A stretch of DNA of 64,000 bases from Pirellulales bacterium (lineage in GTDB: Bacteria > Planctomycetota > Planctomycetia > Pirellulales > JAEUIK01): contig JAIBBZ010000017.1 in NCBI GenBank assembly GCA_019694435.1, positions 41,565-105,564 of the forward strand. Direction: 5' to 3'. A program made the position numbers and the translations under genes. Of the stretch, positions 34,908 through 44,118 are shown one piece after another (position 1 is the first letter of the stretch; the number at the start of each line of letters is the position of its first letter). Below the pieces are notes generated by a model. It did no database searches. It was not told the DNA's origin and worked only from the letters and a program-made list of their open reading frames with translations.

Positions 34908-36130
34908 TGGGCGCGCTGTTCCAGCAGGTTGCGCAAAAACCGATCGAACCGCTGGGCAATCTGGCGGCGGTCGTACGTCGTGGCGGCCGCCTCGCGGCCA
35001 TGGGTGCCGAGCTGTTCGCGAAGCTGCGCGTCTTCGGCCAGGCGGCGATACGCGGCGACCGCCGCGGCCGTGTTCTCGGGCTCGACCGTCAGGCCTGCGC
35101 CGGCCGCTTCGACGCGGCGGGCCGATTCGCCTTCGGCAATCAGCAAGATGGGCAGCGAAGAAGCCATCGCCTCGTAGATCTTGCTTGGCACGGCCCCGGG
35201 AATGCGCATGCCCAAGCAGATCACGGCAGCATCGGCGGTGGCCAGCAGCGGCGGAATGCGATCGTAGGGCAAGGCCGGCAGCAGGCGCACGCGCGGATTC
35301 GGACGGTTCTTTAAGCGCGACTGCAAGCCGTCGCGGGCAGGGCCATCGCCAACGAGCACAAATCTGCCGGGCACGTCGGCCGGCAAGGCATCGGCCAGAT
35401 TGAGGATCTGGTGCAGCCCCTGTGCCCAGCCCATCAGGCCCGCGTAGACAAACACTGGGCCCGGTTCGGGTCCCAGCAGCTCGCGCGAGGCCGCGTCAGA
35501 CTTGTCACGCCCGAAACGGGCCAGATCGACGCCGTTGGTGATTACGGCGGTCGGCTTCTCGGGCGCATGTTTGAGCACCTCGCCGATAATCTCCTCGGAC
35601 TGGCCCGTCACACCATCGGCCCGACGATAGAGCGCGTCCTCGAGGCGCTCGGCCATGCGAATCGCCAGGCCGCGTTTCATCATCCCAATCCGCACGGCCG
35701 TCTCGGGATACAGATCGCTGACGTTGAACACAAACTTTGCGCCCCAGCGCCAGCAGAGCCAACGGGCCGTGTACCCAATGAACAAAGGGGGGGATTCGGC
35801 CAGCAGCACGTCGGGCTTCGTGACCAGGCTCGGACCCATCCACGCGGCGGACGCGACGAAGGAAAAATACGACATCAGCCGGGCCAAGAAACCGCGCCGG
35901 GCCGGGAACAACGGCACCCGTGCCGTACGGATGCGGCCGACCATTTCGACCTTCGTCTGCCAAGCCGAGTAGCCGGGGAAGATCTTGCCCGTCGGGTAAT
36001 TGGGCAGCGCTGTCAGGGCCTCGACCTCCCAGCCGAGGTCGATCAGCCGCTCGCCCAACTCCGACAGTCGGGCCTGCGGGGCACCCATCTCGGGCGGGAA
36101 ATACTGGGTCAGCAGGCAAAGGCGCGGCAC
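34904..36130 (-). CDS. Glycosyltransferase family 4 (WbuB-like)
   Basis: TQYFPPEMGA, PNYPTG, YAGLMGWAQGL, PSKIYEAMA. Confidence 0.92.
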   Translation of the reverse strand: MPRLCLLTQYFPPEMGAPQARLSELGERLIDLGWEVEALTALPNYPTGKIFPGYSAWQTKVEMVGRIRTARVPLFPARRGFLARLMSYFSFVASAAWMGPSLVTKPDVLLAESPPLFIGYTARWLCWRWGAKFVFNVSDLYPETAVRIGMMKRGLAIRMAERLEDALYRRADGVTGQSEEIIGEVLKHAPEKPTAVITNGVDLARFGRDKSDAASRELLGPEPGPVFVYAGLMGWAQGLHQILNLADALPADVPGRFVLVGDGPARDGLQSRLKNRPNPRVRLLPALPYDRIPPLLATADAAVICLGMRIPGAVPSKIYEAMASSLPILLIAEGESARRVEAAGAGLTVEPENTAAAVAAYRRLAEDAQLREQLGTHGREAAATTYDRRQIAQRFDRFLRNLLEQRAQ

Positions 36131-36131
36131 G

Positions 36132-37538
36132 TCAAACCAGTGCGGGGTTGGACGACAATTTGCTGATCACGGCGCGAAGTTTACCCGCGGACGTGCGTTC
36201 CAGGCGATCGACGATCTCAATATCGACTTCTACCTCGCCCATGCGCTGGCAGATGGCTGCGCGGATGGCGGCAGCGTCCGCCTCCGCATAACCGGGGGCC
36301 GGAACAACCCGCACAACCAGACGCGTGAGCCGTTCCTGCACAATCTGAGCCTCGCGAACCCGCAAGGCCGCCTTGAAGACCGGATCGAGCCGGCCGACTT
36401 TGCGCCCGTCGGGTGAGAGGAGCACATCATCGCTGCGCCCCTCGATCGACGCCAGCAGGGGCAAGGTCCGGCCGCAGGGACACCGTTCGTCCCGAGGGCC
36501 TAGGACTCCCCGGTCGCCCTGGCGGTAGCGAATGAGCACGTGATCGGGGTTCAGCAGGCTGGTTACCACCAGATCCCCCGCCTGGCCGGGCTCGACGAGC
36601 CGGTCGTGCTCGTCGACCGCTTCGGTGATTCCCACGTCGGGCGACAGATGCATCCGGCGCTCGCGACATTCGAATGCCGCCACGGTCAGCTCGGCGGGGG
36701 CATACATGTCGCGGGCCGGGCAACCGAAGGCCCGTTCGATGTGTTCACGTTGATGAGCGTAGAGCGGCTCGGCGTTCGAGATCGCCACGCGCAGACGCAC
36801 GTCGCTGCGGCCACGCTCGAGCGCATGCACCGCCAACGCGTCCAGCGACGATGCGTAACCAAACAGGTAGACGATCTGCCGCCGGAGCAGCTCGTCGAGA
36901 TAGGCGTCGAGGAAATCGCCGCGCAGGTGGTAGGACGACATGTAGAGCTGACGCGCGGGGGCATTCCAGACCCAAAAGGGTGGCCGCGTACGAGCCTGCG
37001 GAACGATCAATTGGCCCCCGAGCATGGCCCAGGGGTCGCCCAAGCGGACGTCGTTCCAATGGCGAATGCGGCGCTCGAAGCAGGCATACCAGGATTGATG
37101 CGTCTCGGGCGACCACCACAGGCGCAAGGGGGTTCCGGTCGTGCCGCTCGTCGCTTCCTCGTACATGTTTTCCGGCGTGCAATCGTCGGCCAGGAAATCG
37201 CGCGGCGCCGCGCGGACGGTTTCCTTTTCGAGGATCGGCAGCCGAGACAAATCGTCGGCCGTGCGGACCTCGTTGATCGGAAACCGGCCCGCTGCATGCT
37301 CGCGGCGATAGTAAGGCACCAGCGTGACGGCGCGGAGCAACAGCGCCTGCAGCCGCGCGGTCTGCCAATTGGCCCACTGCGCGGGCGACCACGTCTCGCG
37401 TTCGGCAAATCTCGGCAGCTCGCGGCGGTAGACCTCGCCGTAGCGCAGCCGCATGAGCCGCGCTCCGTGGCGGCTGGCGACAAACGATTGCAGCCCCGCA
37501 GGCAAGTGATGATAGAGCTTCAAAAGCGTCGGATTCAC
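36132..37538 (-). CDS. Phenylacetate-CoA ligase family (CapK-like) adenylate-forming enzyme
   Basis: LPILEK, TSGTTGTP, IRYRQGD, IEGRSDD, SAGKLR. GTG start overlaps the upstream TGA. Confidence 0.88.
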   Translation of the reverse strand: MNPTLLKLYHHLPAGLQSFVASRHGARLMRLRYGEVYRRELPRFAERETWSPAQWANWQTARLQALLLRAVTLVPYYRREHAAGRFPINEVRTADDLSRLPILEKETVRAAPRDFLADDCTPENMYEEATSGTTGTPLRLWWSPETHQSWYACFERRIRHWNDVRLGDPWAMLGGQLIVPQARTRPPFWVWNAPARQLYMSSYHLRGDFLDAYLDELLRRQIVYLFGYASSLDALAVHALERGRSDVRLRVAISNAEPLYAHQREHIERAFGCPARDMYAPAELTVAAFECRERRMHLSPDVGITEAVDEHDRLVEPGQAGDLVVTSLLNPDHVLIRYRQGDRGVLGPRDERCPCGRTLPLLASIEGRSDDVLLSPDGRKVGRLDPVFKAALRVREAQIVQERLTRLVVRVVPAPGYAEADAAAIRAAICQRMGEVEVDIEIVDRLERTSAGKLRAVISKLSSNPALV

Positions 37539-39082
37539 GCCGGCTGCCTTGTCCGCGATCGCTGCAGGAAATCGACCCATCCGAGCGGCTCGGCAAATTG
37601 CCAAGGGTCGGCCTGGCGCAACTGCTCGAGCGAGCCAGCCCACGAAGGGACGTTGCTCACCAGTCGCATCACGTCGGCGGGGACCGGCGCCAGCGGCAAC
37701 GGGTGCGGCCGCAACGCCGCGGCCAGCATGGGCACTTGGCGATGGTCGAAGCCGACCAACTCGGTCGCGGCCACATCGACCAGCGCCGCGCAGCTCCCGG
37801 CCAGGATGACGCCGCATGGCCGCGGGTCGGCAAAGACGGGGCCCAGGCCTTCGCCGGCGACGATGCCGTCGATCACCGTGAACCGGCGCTTGGTTGGTCG
37901 GTCGTGCAGGCGCCCGGCCGCATCGGCGTAGGTCAGCGCGCGGTTGATATCGAGCACCATCCGCCACAAGGTGTCGTTGCCGTGCCAGCCACCGCCGCGG
38001 ATCGTTTCATGGCTACGGCCCAGCAACAGCCGCCCGAGCCGCTTGGCCAGCCGATAAACCTGAGGGGCCGTGCGCGGAAAGCGGAGCGATGCTTGTTCGA
38101 ACCCGCGCACGACGCGCGCCTCGAATCGCTGCCGCCACGACGATTCGGCGAACTGATCGCCTCCCGTTAGCGGCGTACCCTGGGTGCGATGGGGCAGCCA
38201 GTTCCGGCCGCAGTTGAGCCCGACCACTCCCTTGAGCGCCAGCGTCATGCCGACCTTGTGATGCGTCTTGAGCTTGGGCACGTCGATGATCACGTCGGCC
38301 TGCATCGCCGTGCCGCTGATCTGGTATTCCTGGCATTCGCCGCGATGGTGGCGGTTGACTTCGGCCGTGTCGTAGTCGGCGCCGTAATAGCGGCCTTCGC
38401 CGGCGAACCCGAACAGTTCGCTCTGACGGCCGAGATTGACCACGGTGCTGCCCCGCGGATCGCCCGGCAGTGTCCGGCGCTCGACGACGACATCGTCGCG
38501 AGTCACAAACAACACGCTGCGCAAGTCGCACAACTCGACGGCGCACAGCCCGGGCGCGGCGGCATGCAAGCGGCAGACTTCGGCGATGCCCGTCTTCCGG
38601 CAGATCGCGTCGAAGTCGGAGTTGAGCATCGGGCCGTCGGCCAGCCAGATCGTCCCCTGACCGCCCAAGGCGCGCTGCACATAGTCGAGCACCGGCCGCA
38701 GCACGGCGCCGTGGGTGATGATCTGTTCCCACGAGTCGTTCAACTCGTGCTTGTGGCTGACCCAGTTCGGCTTGATCAGCACGCGCTGTCCCGGGCGAAC
38801 TAGATCGCCCAAAGGGTTCCACTCGGGTGTGCCTTGATGGGCCGCATCGAGGCCAACGAGCGCGAAAGCCTCGCGCACGGCGGCGTAGACGGCGTTGTCC
38901 GGATCGAGCTGGGCCGTCAGTCCGGTGCCGCTCAGCTCGGCGTAGGCAGCCGGCGGATGAAACGGGGCGCGGGGATATTCAGGCCGTGCGGCGCGGACCA
39001 GTGCGACACGGCTGGCACCGGCGTCGCCGCCCGCGATCCCGGCCGGGTGCGAAGTCGCTGTGTCCACCGAGGCGCTCATCAT
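37535..39082 (-). CDS. DUF362 domain protein
   Basis: VLIKPNWV, ADGP, VPKLKTHHKVGMTLALKG, LPH, IDGIVAGEGLGP. Confidence 0.85.
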   Translation of the reverse strand: MMSASVDTATSHPAGIAGGDAGASRVALVRAARPEYPRAPFHPPAAYAELSGTGLTAQLDPDNAVYAAVREAFALVGLDAAHQGTPEWNPLGDLVRPGQRVLIKPNWVSHKHELNDSWEQIITHGAVLRPVLDYVQRALGGQGTIWLADGPMLNSDFDAICRKTGIAEVCRLHAAAPGLCAVELCDLRSVLFVTRDDVVVERRTLPGDPRGSTVVNLGRQSELFGFAGEGRYYGADYDTAEVNRHHRGECQEYQISGTAMQADVIIDVPKLKTHHKVGMTLALKGVVGLNCGRNWLPHRTQGTPLTGGDQFAESSWRQRFEARVVRGFEQASLRFPRTAPQVYRLAKRLGRLLLGRSHETIRGGGWHGNDTLWRMVLDINRALTYADAAGRLHDRPTKRRFTVIDGIVAGEGLGPVFADPRPCGVILAGSCAALVDVAATELVGFDHRQVPMLAAALRPHPLPLAPVPADVMRLVSNVPSWAGSLEQLRQADPWQFAEPLGWVDFLQRSRTRQPA

Positions 39083-39088
39083 GGCTTT

Positions 39089-40306
39089 CTAGACGCACGG
39101 CTCCAGGGCCGGTTCGAGTCGCTCGCGGCCCAGGCAGGCGGCGGCCTCCTCGGCAATCGCGGCCGCAAATGCCTCGACCGTCGTGCGGCGCGCGCGCTCG
39201 ATGCCCGCCTGCCGCAAGCGTTCGCGCAGCGGACGGTCCTGGGCGAGCCGGGCCAGGGCGGCGTACAGGGCTGCCGCATCGTCCGGCGGCACTAGCAGGC
39301 CGTCGACCTCGTCTTCGACCGACGTCGGAATGCCGCCCACGCGACTGGCCACTACAGTGCAGCCAAACGCCCGGGCCTCGACCAGCACGCGCGGCGTACC
39401 CTCGCTGCGACTGGGCACCGCCAACACGTCGGCATCGGCGAAACAGGCGAACAGCTCGGGACCAAACTCGCGATGGCCGAGGAATCCGACCGTGGCCCGG
39501 CCTTGCAGTCGCGCCAAGGAACGCTGCAGGTCTTCGGTCATACCGCGGTCTTCCATGTTTTGTGAACCGACGAAGAACAACTCCGCAGTGGGCACTTCGT
39601 CGAGCAGTTTTTCGAAGGCCGCGAACAGCGTGTCGATGCCTTTTTCGTGCCGCAGGTAGCCGACGAACAACACCCGGAACGGTGCGTCGGCCGGCCGGCT
39701 GCGCGGCACGCTCATCACCTCGCGGGCCGAGAGCGTCGATGAGACGACCGCACGCCCCCGCGGCGAACCATAATGTGCAAACAGATCCGCGCCGTTCGTG
39801 ACGACCCGGGCCAAGGGCCAGTGAATCAATCGCCGCTGCAGGCGATCGGTCTGCTTGGAGACGAACGACGCCAGCAGGTGCATGGGGCCCCGATACCAGG
39901 GCGAAGTGCTGGCAATGGCGTGGACGTCGGCACACACGTGATACAGCCGCGGACGCGCAGGGAACAACAGCCCCAGCGTGGCGGCGAACGGCAATTGCAC
40001 GATGACCACGTCGCTGACGCGTTCGACGAGCCGGATCGCCTGCCAGCAGCCCGGCGCCTTGTAGAAGCCGCGCGCGACGCTGGGCAACCAAGGCAGCGGT
40101 ACGAAATCAAAACTCTGGTCGGCGCAGCGATGGTCGTGCCAGCGCTGCCGCCCCGGCGCGAGGCTCATCGCGACCGTGAGCCGGCGGGCGTCCTGCTGCC
40201 AGATGTCCAACAGCCTCCCTACGCCCGCTTCGGTCCAAAACCCGTCGACCACCGAGGCCGAACGCGCACTCACAAAGCCGACGTTCAGCCCGGCGAGCGC
40301 GGTCAC
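39089..40306 (-). CDS. Glycosyltransferase family 4
   Basis: VLFVGYLRHEKG, PSRSEGTPRVLVEA. Clear paralogue of 30600-31814. Confidence 0.92.
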   Translation of the reverse strand: MTALAGLNVGFVSARSASVVDGFWTEAGVGRLLDIWQQDARRLTVAMSLAPGRQRWHDHRCADQSFDFVPLPWLPSVARGFYKAPGCWQAIRLVERVSDVVIVQLPFAATLGLLFPARPRLYHVCADVHAIASTSPWYRGPMHLLASFVSKQTDRLQRRLIHWPLARVVTNGADLFAHYGSPRGRAVVSSTLSAREVMSVPRSRPADAPFRVLFVGYLRHEKGIDTLFAAFEKLLDEVPTAELFFVGSQNMEDRGMTEDLQRSLARLQGRATVGFLGHREFGPELFACFADADVLAVPSRSEGTPRVLVEARAFGCTVVASRVGGIPTSVEDEVDGLLVPPDDAAALYAALARLAQDRPLRERLRQAGIERARRTTVEAFAAAIAEEAAACLGRERLEPALEPCV

Positions 40307-41655
40307 CGAGTCCTCCGCGGCAGGGCACGCATCCCAGGCACGGGCCGCATGCCGGGGCGTGGCTGGCGACCGGCCGTCCGGCTGCGCTGTTCGTCCGCCG
40401 GCTTCCAGACCCCCTCGACCACGCACCAGCCGATGCAAATGCCGATGCCCATGCAGAACACGGGGCTATAGAGGATTTCGCGCGAGAAGAACCCGCGGAT
40501 GCCCCACATCAGGATCATCATCTTCATGATGTAGTGGGCACTGGCCGCGCGCTCGTTGCCGAAAAAGTCGCTGGGCACCCCCGAGGGGCGCTTCCACAGC
40601 AGGTAGGCCGAAAGGAACAGCGTGAACATGGCCGGATAGCCGCTGCCGCCCGTGACGTGTGCAAATACGTTGTGCGAGTCGATCGTACCGTCCATGCCGA
40701 ACACCCGGTGGGCCAGCATGAAGAACAGCTCTTGCGGCGAGACGCCCAGGAGCGGATGTTCCAAGCCGATCTGCAGCGAAGCCATCAGCAACTGAATACG
40801 TTTGCCGTCGGTCGTCTTGCCTTCGGTCGTGGCTTCCATATGGTGCTGCACGACGTCGAACATGCCGAGCTGTTCCATTACCAGGAACACCAGGCCCGCG
40901 GCCAGAACGAAATAGAGCATCGTCTGGATCTTCTTGCCGCGACCGAGGAACAACATCGGCGGTACGACGGCCAGTCCCAGCCAGCCGGAGCGGTTGGCCG
41001 AGGCCAGCACCGAGATCGAGATGATGACGAACGCCGTTCCGCAGAAGATGCGCAGCGATTTGCTCACCGTCTTGTCGAGCGTCATATAGCCGCCCAACAA
41101 CAGCGGCGGCAAGTTGTACAGCGACCAGGAGTTTTCGTTGCTGGTCTCGAGCGGGTCGACGCCGATGTAGCTGGCGCTGGGTGCCGCGAGACCTTTGAGC
41201 GCCATGATCACCAGCGCCACGGTGAGCCCGACGACTCCGGCCCGAAAATCGCTCCGCGACGTTACGGCCAAGGCGGCGGTGATCATGGTCCCGGCGCCGG
41301 CCAGCAGTTTGACCGGTTCCTGGTAGTAGGGAATCGTGCTGCTGAACACCGAGAGGATGTACAAGGTGGAAAAGATGGCCGTCGTCGTCAGCACCGACAG
41401 GGGAAACCGCCCCAGCCGGGTGAAAAACAGATAGATAAACAACGGCAGCATCGCGATCAGGTACGGATGCGCGTTGAGCGCCGGGATGGGAATCCGCAGC
41501 TTTTCCCAGGCACTCATCGAGATCATCACCGCGAACACGAACATCCATTTTCCGGTTAGCGAGACGCGCTCCTTTTGCTCGGGCCGCGCGAAGGGCGCTG
41601 CCCCGGGCAGGGGGAAACCGGGTCGCGGGACGGCAAAGTTTCCAGGGGCGCGCAT
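40303..41655 (-). CDS. O-antigen ligase / Wzy polymerase family membrane protein
   Basis: About 11-12 TM segments, SANRSG, HPLLGV and DSHN Wzy_C motifs. Confidence 0.82.
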   Translation of the reverse strand: MRAPGNFAVPRPGFPLPGAAPFARPEQKERVSLTGKWMFVFAVMISMSAWEKLRIPIPALNAHPYLIAMLPLFIYLFFTRLGRFPLSVLTTTAIFSTLYILSVFSSTIPYYQEPVKLLAGAGTMITAALAVTSRSDFRAGVVGLTVALVIMALKGLAAPSASYIGVDPLETSNENSWSLYNLPPLLLGGYMTLDKTVSKSLRIFCGTAFVIISISVLASANRSGWLGLAVVPPMLFLGRGKKIQTMLYFVLAAGLVFLVMEQLGMFDVVQHHMEATTEGKTTDGKRIQLLMASLQIGLEHPLLGVSPQELFFMLAHRVFGMDGTIDSHNVFAHVTGGSGYPAMFTLFLSAYLLWKRPSGVPSDFFGNERAASAHYIMKMMILMWGIRGFFSREILYSPVFCMGIGICIGWCVVEGVWKPADEQRSRTAGRQPRPGMRPVPGMRALPRRTR

Positions 41656-41762
41656 TGCTAGGCGGCACTCCGAACGGAGCAACGAGGTCGGGCTGGGGCG
41701 TCGGCAACGCCTCGCACAATTCTACGACATTTTTCGGATTTCGTTGCCAATTGCACCGCGGC

Positions 41763-42995
41763 TTACCCCGTCGACGCAGCCTTGCGCGACGCCCCCAACG
41801 GGCGGTCCATCGCCGTTTCGTAGGCCTCGAGCATGCCCGCGGCGCAACTTTCGAGCGAATACGTGGTTTCGGCCCGCCGCCGGCCGGCCGCCCCCAGGGC
41901 TTTCCGCAGGGCCGGGTCCCGGGCCAAACGCTCGATGTGGGTGGCCAGCGCGGCCGCATTGTCCGGTGGTGCCAGCAACCCGGTCGTCTCGTGGAGGACA
42001 ATTTCCCCCACCCCCCCTCCCTGAACTCCGACAACCGGCAGGCTCGCGGCCATCGCCTCGACGACCACCCGGCCGAACGACTCGTCGTCGGCCTGGTGGA
42101 CCAGAATGTCGATCTCGGACATGATCCGCGCCGGATCGCCGACGAAGCCCGGCCAGGCGAATTGATCGCGAATACCGGCGGCGGCGATCTGATCGTGGAG
42201 GGCGTCGACGTATTCGTCGCCGCGCACCGTGCCGCCCCGCGACGGGTCGTGGCCGTAGATGCGGAACTCCAGCGGCAGCGACCGATCGACCAGTGCCGCG
42301 GCGGCGACGAACAGGCCATGCTTCTTCCAGCGGCTGGTCGGGCTGCCGACCATGGCGACCACGATCGGCCGCCGCCGCGGGTCGAACGGCCGCGGCGTAA
42401 ATCGCGACAGGTCGATGCCATTGGGCACGACCGTGAGCAAATCGGGCGGCACCGACGCGCGGGCCAGTTCGGCCGTGGTGTTCGAATTGGCCACCATCAA
42501 CGAGCAGTGGGTTCGCAGGTAGTCGGCCAGCGCCGCACCCTCGAGCGGCAGCCGAAACGGACGGCCAGGCCCGATCAGCTCGCGCAGATGCCAGACATGG
42601 GGCAGCCCCAACCGTCGGGCTGCCAGCCCGCCCTCGGGATTGCAGATCGTGTTGGTGTGGATCAGCTCGACCTGCCAGTCGCGCGCGGCCTGCGCGACCG
42701 CGGCCGTGCTCTTGCCTTTGAAGCCCGTGACCCAGAGTTGCCGCAGCTCGAGCAGCGGCCTCTTCCAGAGCTTCGCGCGGATCTTGCGGTTCCACCAATA
42801 CAGCGGCGTGAATACCACGCGGCCGTCGGCGGCGGCGCGCAATTGCTCGCGTTCGAGCTGCGTGCCGGCCGTGTGGCAAACGGCGCACGGTTCGATCCCG
42901 TAGCCGCGCATGGCCTCCATCAGGCCGATGGTGCTCAACGCAGCACCGCCGCTGGCGCTATTCAGAACGTGAAGCACGCGCCGAGGCCGGGTCAT
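41763..42995 (-). CDS. Glycosyltransferase family 4
   Basis: HVWHLRE, VPNGID, ESFGRVVVEAMA. Confidence 0.92.
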   Translation of the reverse strand: MTRPRRVLHVLNSASGGAALSTIGLMEAMRGYGIEPCAVCHTAGTQLEREQLRAAADGRVVFTPLYWWNRKIRAKLWKRPLLELRQLWVTGFKGKSTAAVAQAARDWQVELIHTNTICNPEGGLAARRLGLPHVWHLRELIGPGRPFRLPLEGAALADYLRTHCSLMVANSNTTAELARASVPPDLLTVVPNGIDLSRFTPRPFDPRRRPIVVAMVGSPTSRWKKHGLFVAAAALVDRSLPLEFRIYGHDPSRGGTVRGDEYVDALHDQIAAAGIRDQFAWPGFVGDPARIMSEIDILVHQADDESFGRVVVEAMAASLPVVGVQGGGVGEIVLHETTGLLAPPDNAAALATHIERLARDPALRKALGAAGRRRAETTYSLESCAAGMLEAYETAMDRPLGASRKAASTG

Positions 42996-43714
42996 CCGCG
43001 GTAGTTGGCCTCGAAATAGGCGAGATCTTCCGGAGTACCGAGGACCCACACCTCGCGGGCCACGTCGAGGCGAATTTCGGCCCCCTGCGCGATCAGACGG
43101 TTGTAGACCGGCGCGACGTAGAACTCGTTGTTCACGCGGTCGTTGGCGGCGATCATCGCTTCGGCCTGGGCAACAAAGTCGTGGCCGCGCGCAAAGTGAT
43201 ACAGGCCCGTGCAGGCCCAGGGGGAGATGCGGCGCTTTTCGCTCGTTTCGACCACGCGGCCGGTTTCATCGGTGCGGGCAAAGCTCCATTTGTCGCCGGG
43301 GGCTTCGAATACGCCCAGCAGCCCCGCCACGCTTGGCGACAGGCCGGGCAGTGTCTCTTCGAGCGACGTGCGGCAATAGGTGTCGGCGTTGTAGATCAAC
43401 AGCGGCTCGTCCGTATTGATCAGCTCTCGCGCCACGAGCACCGTGCAGGCCTGGCCCTCGGTTACATGATCGAGGCCGATGATCACCGGGTCGAGATCGC
43501 CGTAGCGCTCCTGGATGTCGTCGCGCAGCGCCCGGCCCTCGAGGTGCTCGCGCAGGCAGATGAACACGACGCGTTCGACCAGCGACAGCGGCAAACTGTC
43601 CATGGCCCAGGCGTACATCGGCTTGCCGCGCACGGGGATCAAGGGCTTGGGCGTGGCGATGCCCACGTCCGCAAAGCGGCTCCCACGGCCGGCCATGGGC
43701 ATTACGGCGATCAT
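42992..43714 (-). CDS. Sugar-phosphate nucleotidyltransferase-like protein (BcbE-like)
   Basis: PMAGRGSRF, PKPLI, TEGQACT, EKRRIS, NNEFYVAPVYN, LGTPEDL. Confidence 0.82.
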   Translation of the reverse strand: MIAVMPMAGRGSRFADVGIATPKPLIPVRGKPMYAWAMDSLPLSLVERVVFICLREHLEGRALRDDIQERYGDLDPVIIGLDHVTEGQACTVLVARELINTDEPLLIYNADTYCRTSLEETLPGLSPSVAGLLGVFEAPGDKWSFARTDETGRVVETSEKRRISPWACTGLYHFARGHDFVAQAEAMIAANDRVNNEFYVAPVYNRLIAQGAEIRLDVAREVWVLGTPEDLAYFEANYRG

Positions 43715-44118
43715 GCCTCGGTGGTCTCCGCCAGTCCGGGATGTGCGGCGTGGCGCTTTTCGGCGCTGACCGGAAAACTCGAGCCGTCGCCGGCGAGCTT
43801 GTCCCAGCCCTCGAATCGCCAGGCGTTGTCGTCCAAGTAGACGTCGGCGTGCGGCTTGCCGAAGTGAATCTCGTCGAAGGGAATGCCGTGCTGCGCCAAC
43901 CAGTTGAGCGTGACCTGGCCTTGGCGTGCCACGACCATGCCGACGTTGCCGTTACAAGTCTTCATGTGCCGGGCCGTGAACAGGATCAGGTAATGTCCCG
44001 CGGCCTTCAGCGCGCGAAGCTTCTCGACGGCACCCGTCACGGGCTGCAGGTCGGCATATTGCTGGCCCGGATCGCGCAAGCGGCAGACGACTCCATCGAG
44101 ATCAATGCAGATGCGCAC
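43711..44118 (-). CDS. HAD-family capsule biosynthesis phosphatase (EcbF/BcbF-like)
   Basis: DLDGV, FTARHM, FGKPHADVYLDD. Confidence 0.85.
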   Translation of the reverse strand: MRICIDLDGVVCRLRDPGQQYADLQPVTGAVEKLRALKAAGHYLILFTARHMKTCNGNVGMVVARQGQVTLNWLAQHGIPFDEIHFGKPHADVYLDDNAWRFEGWDKLAGDGSSFPVSAEKRHAAHPGLAETTEA

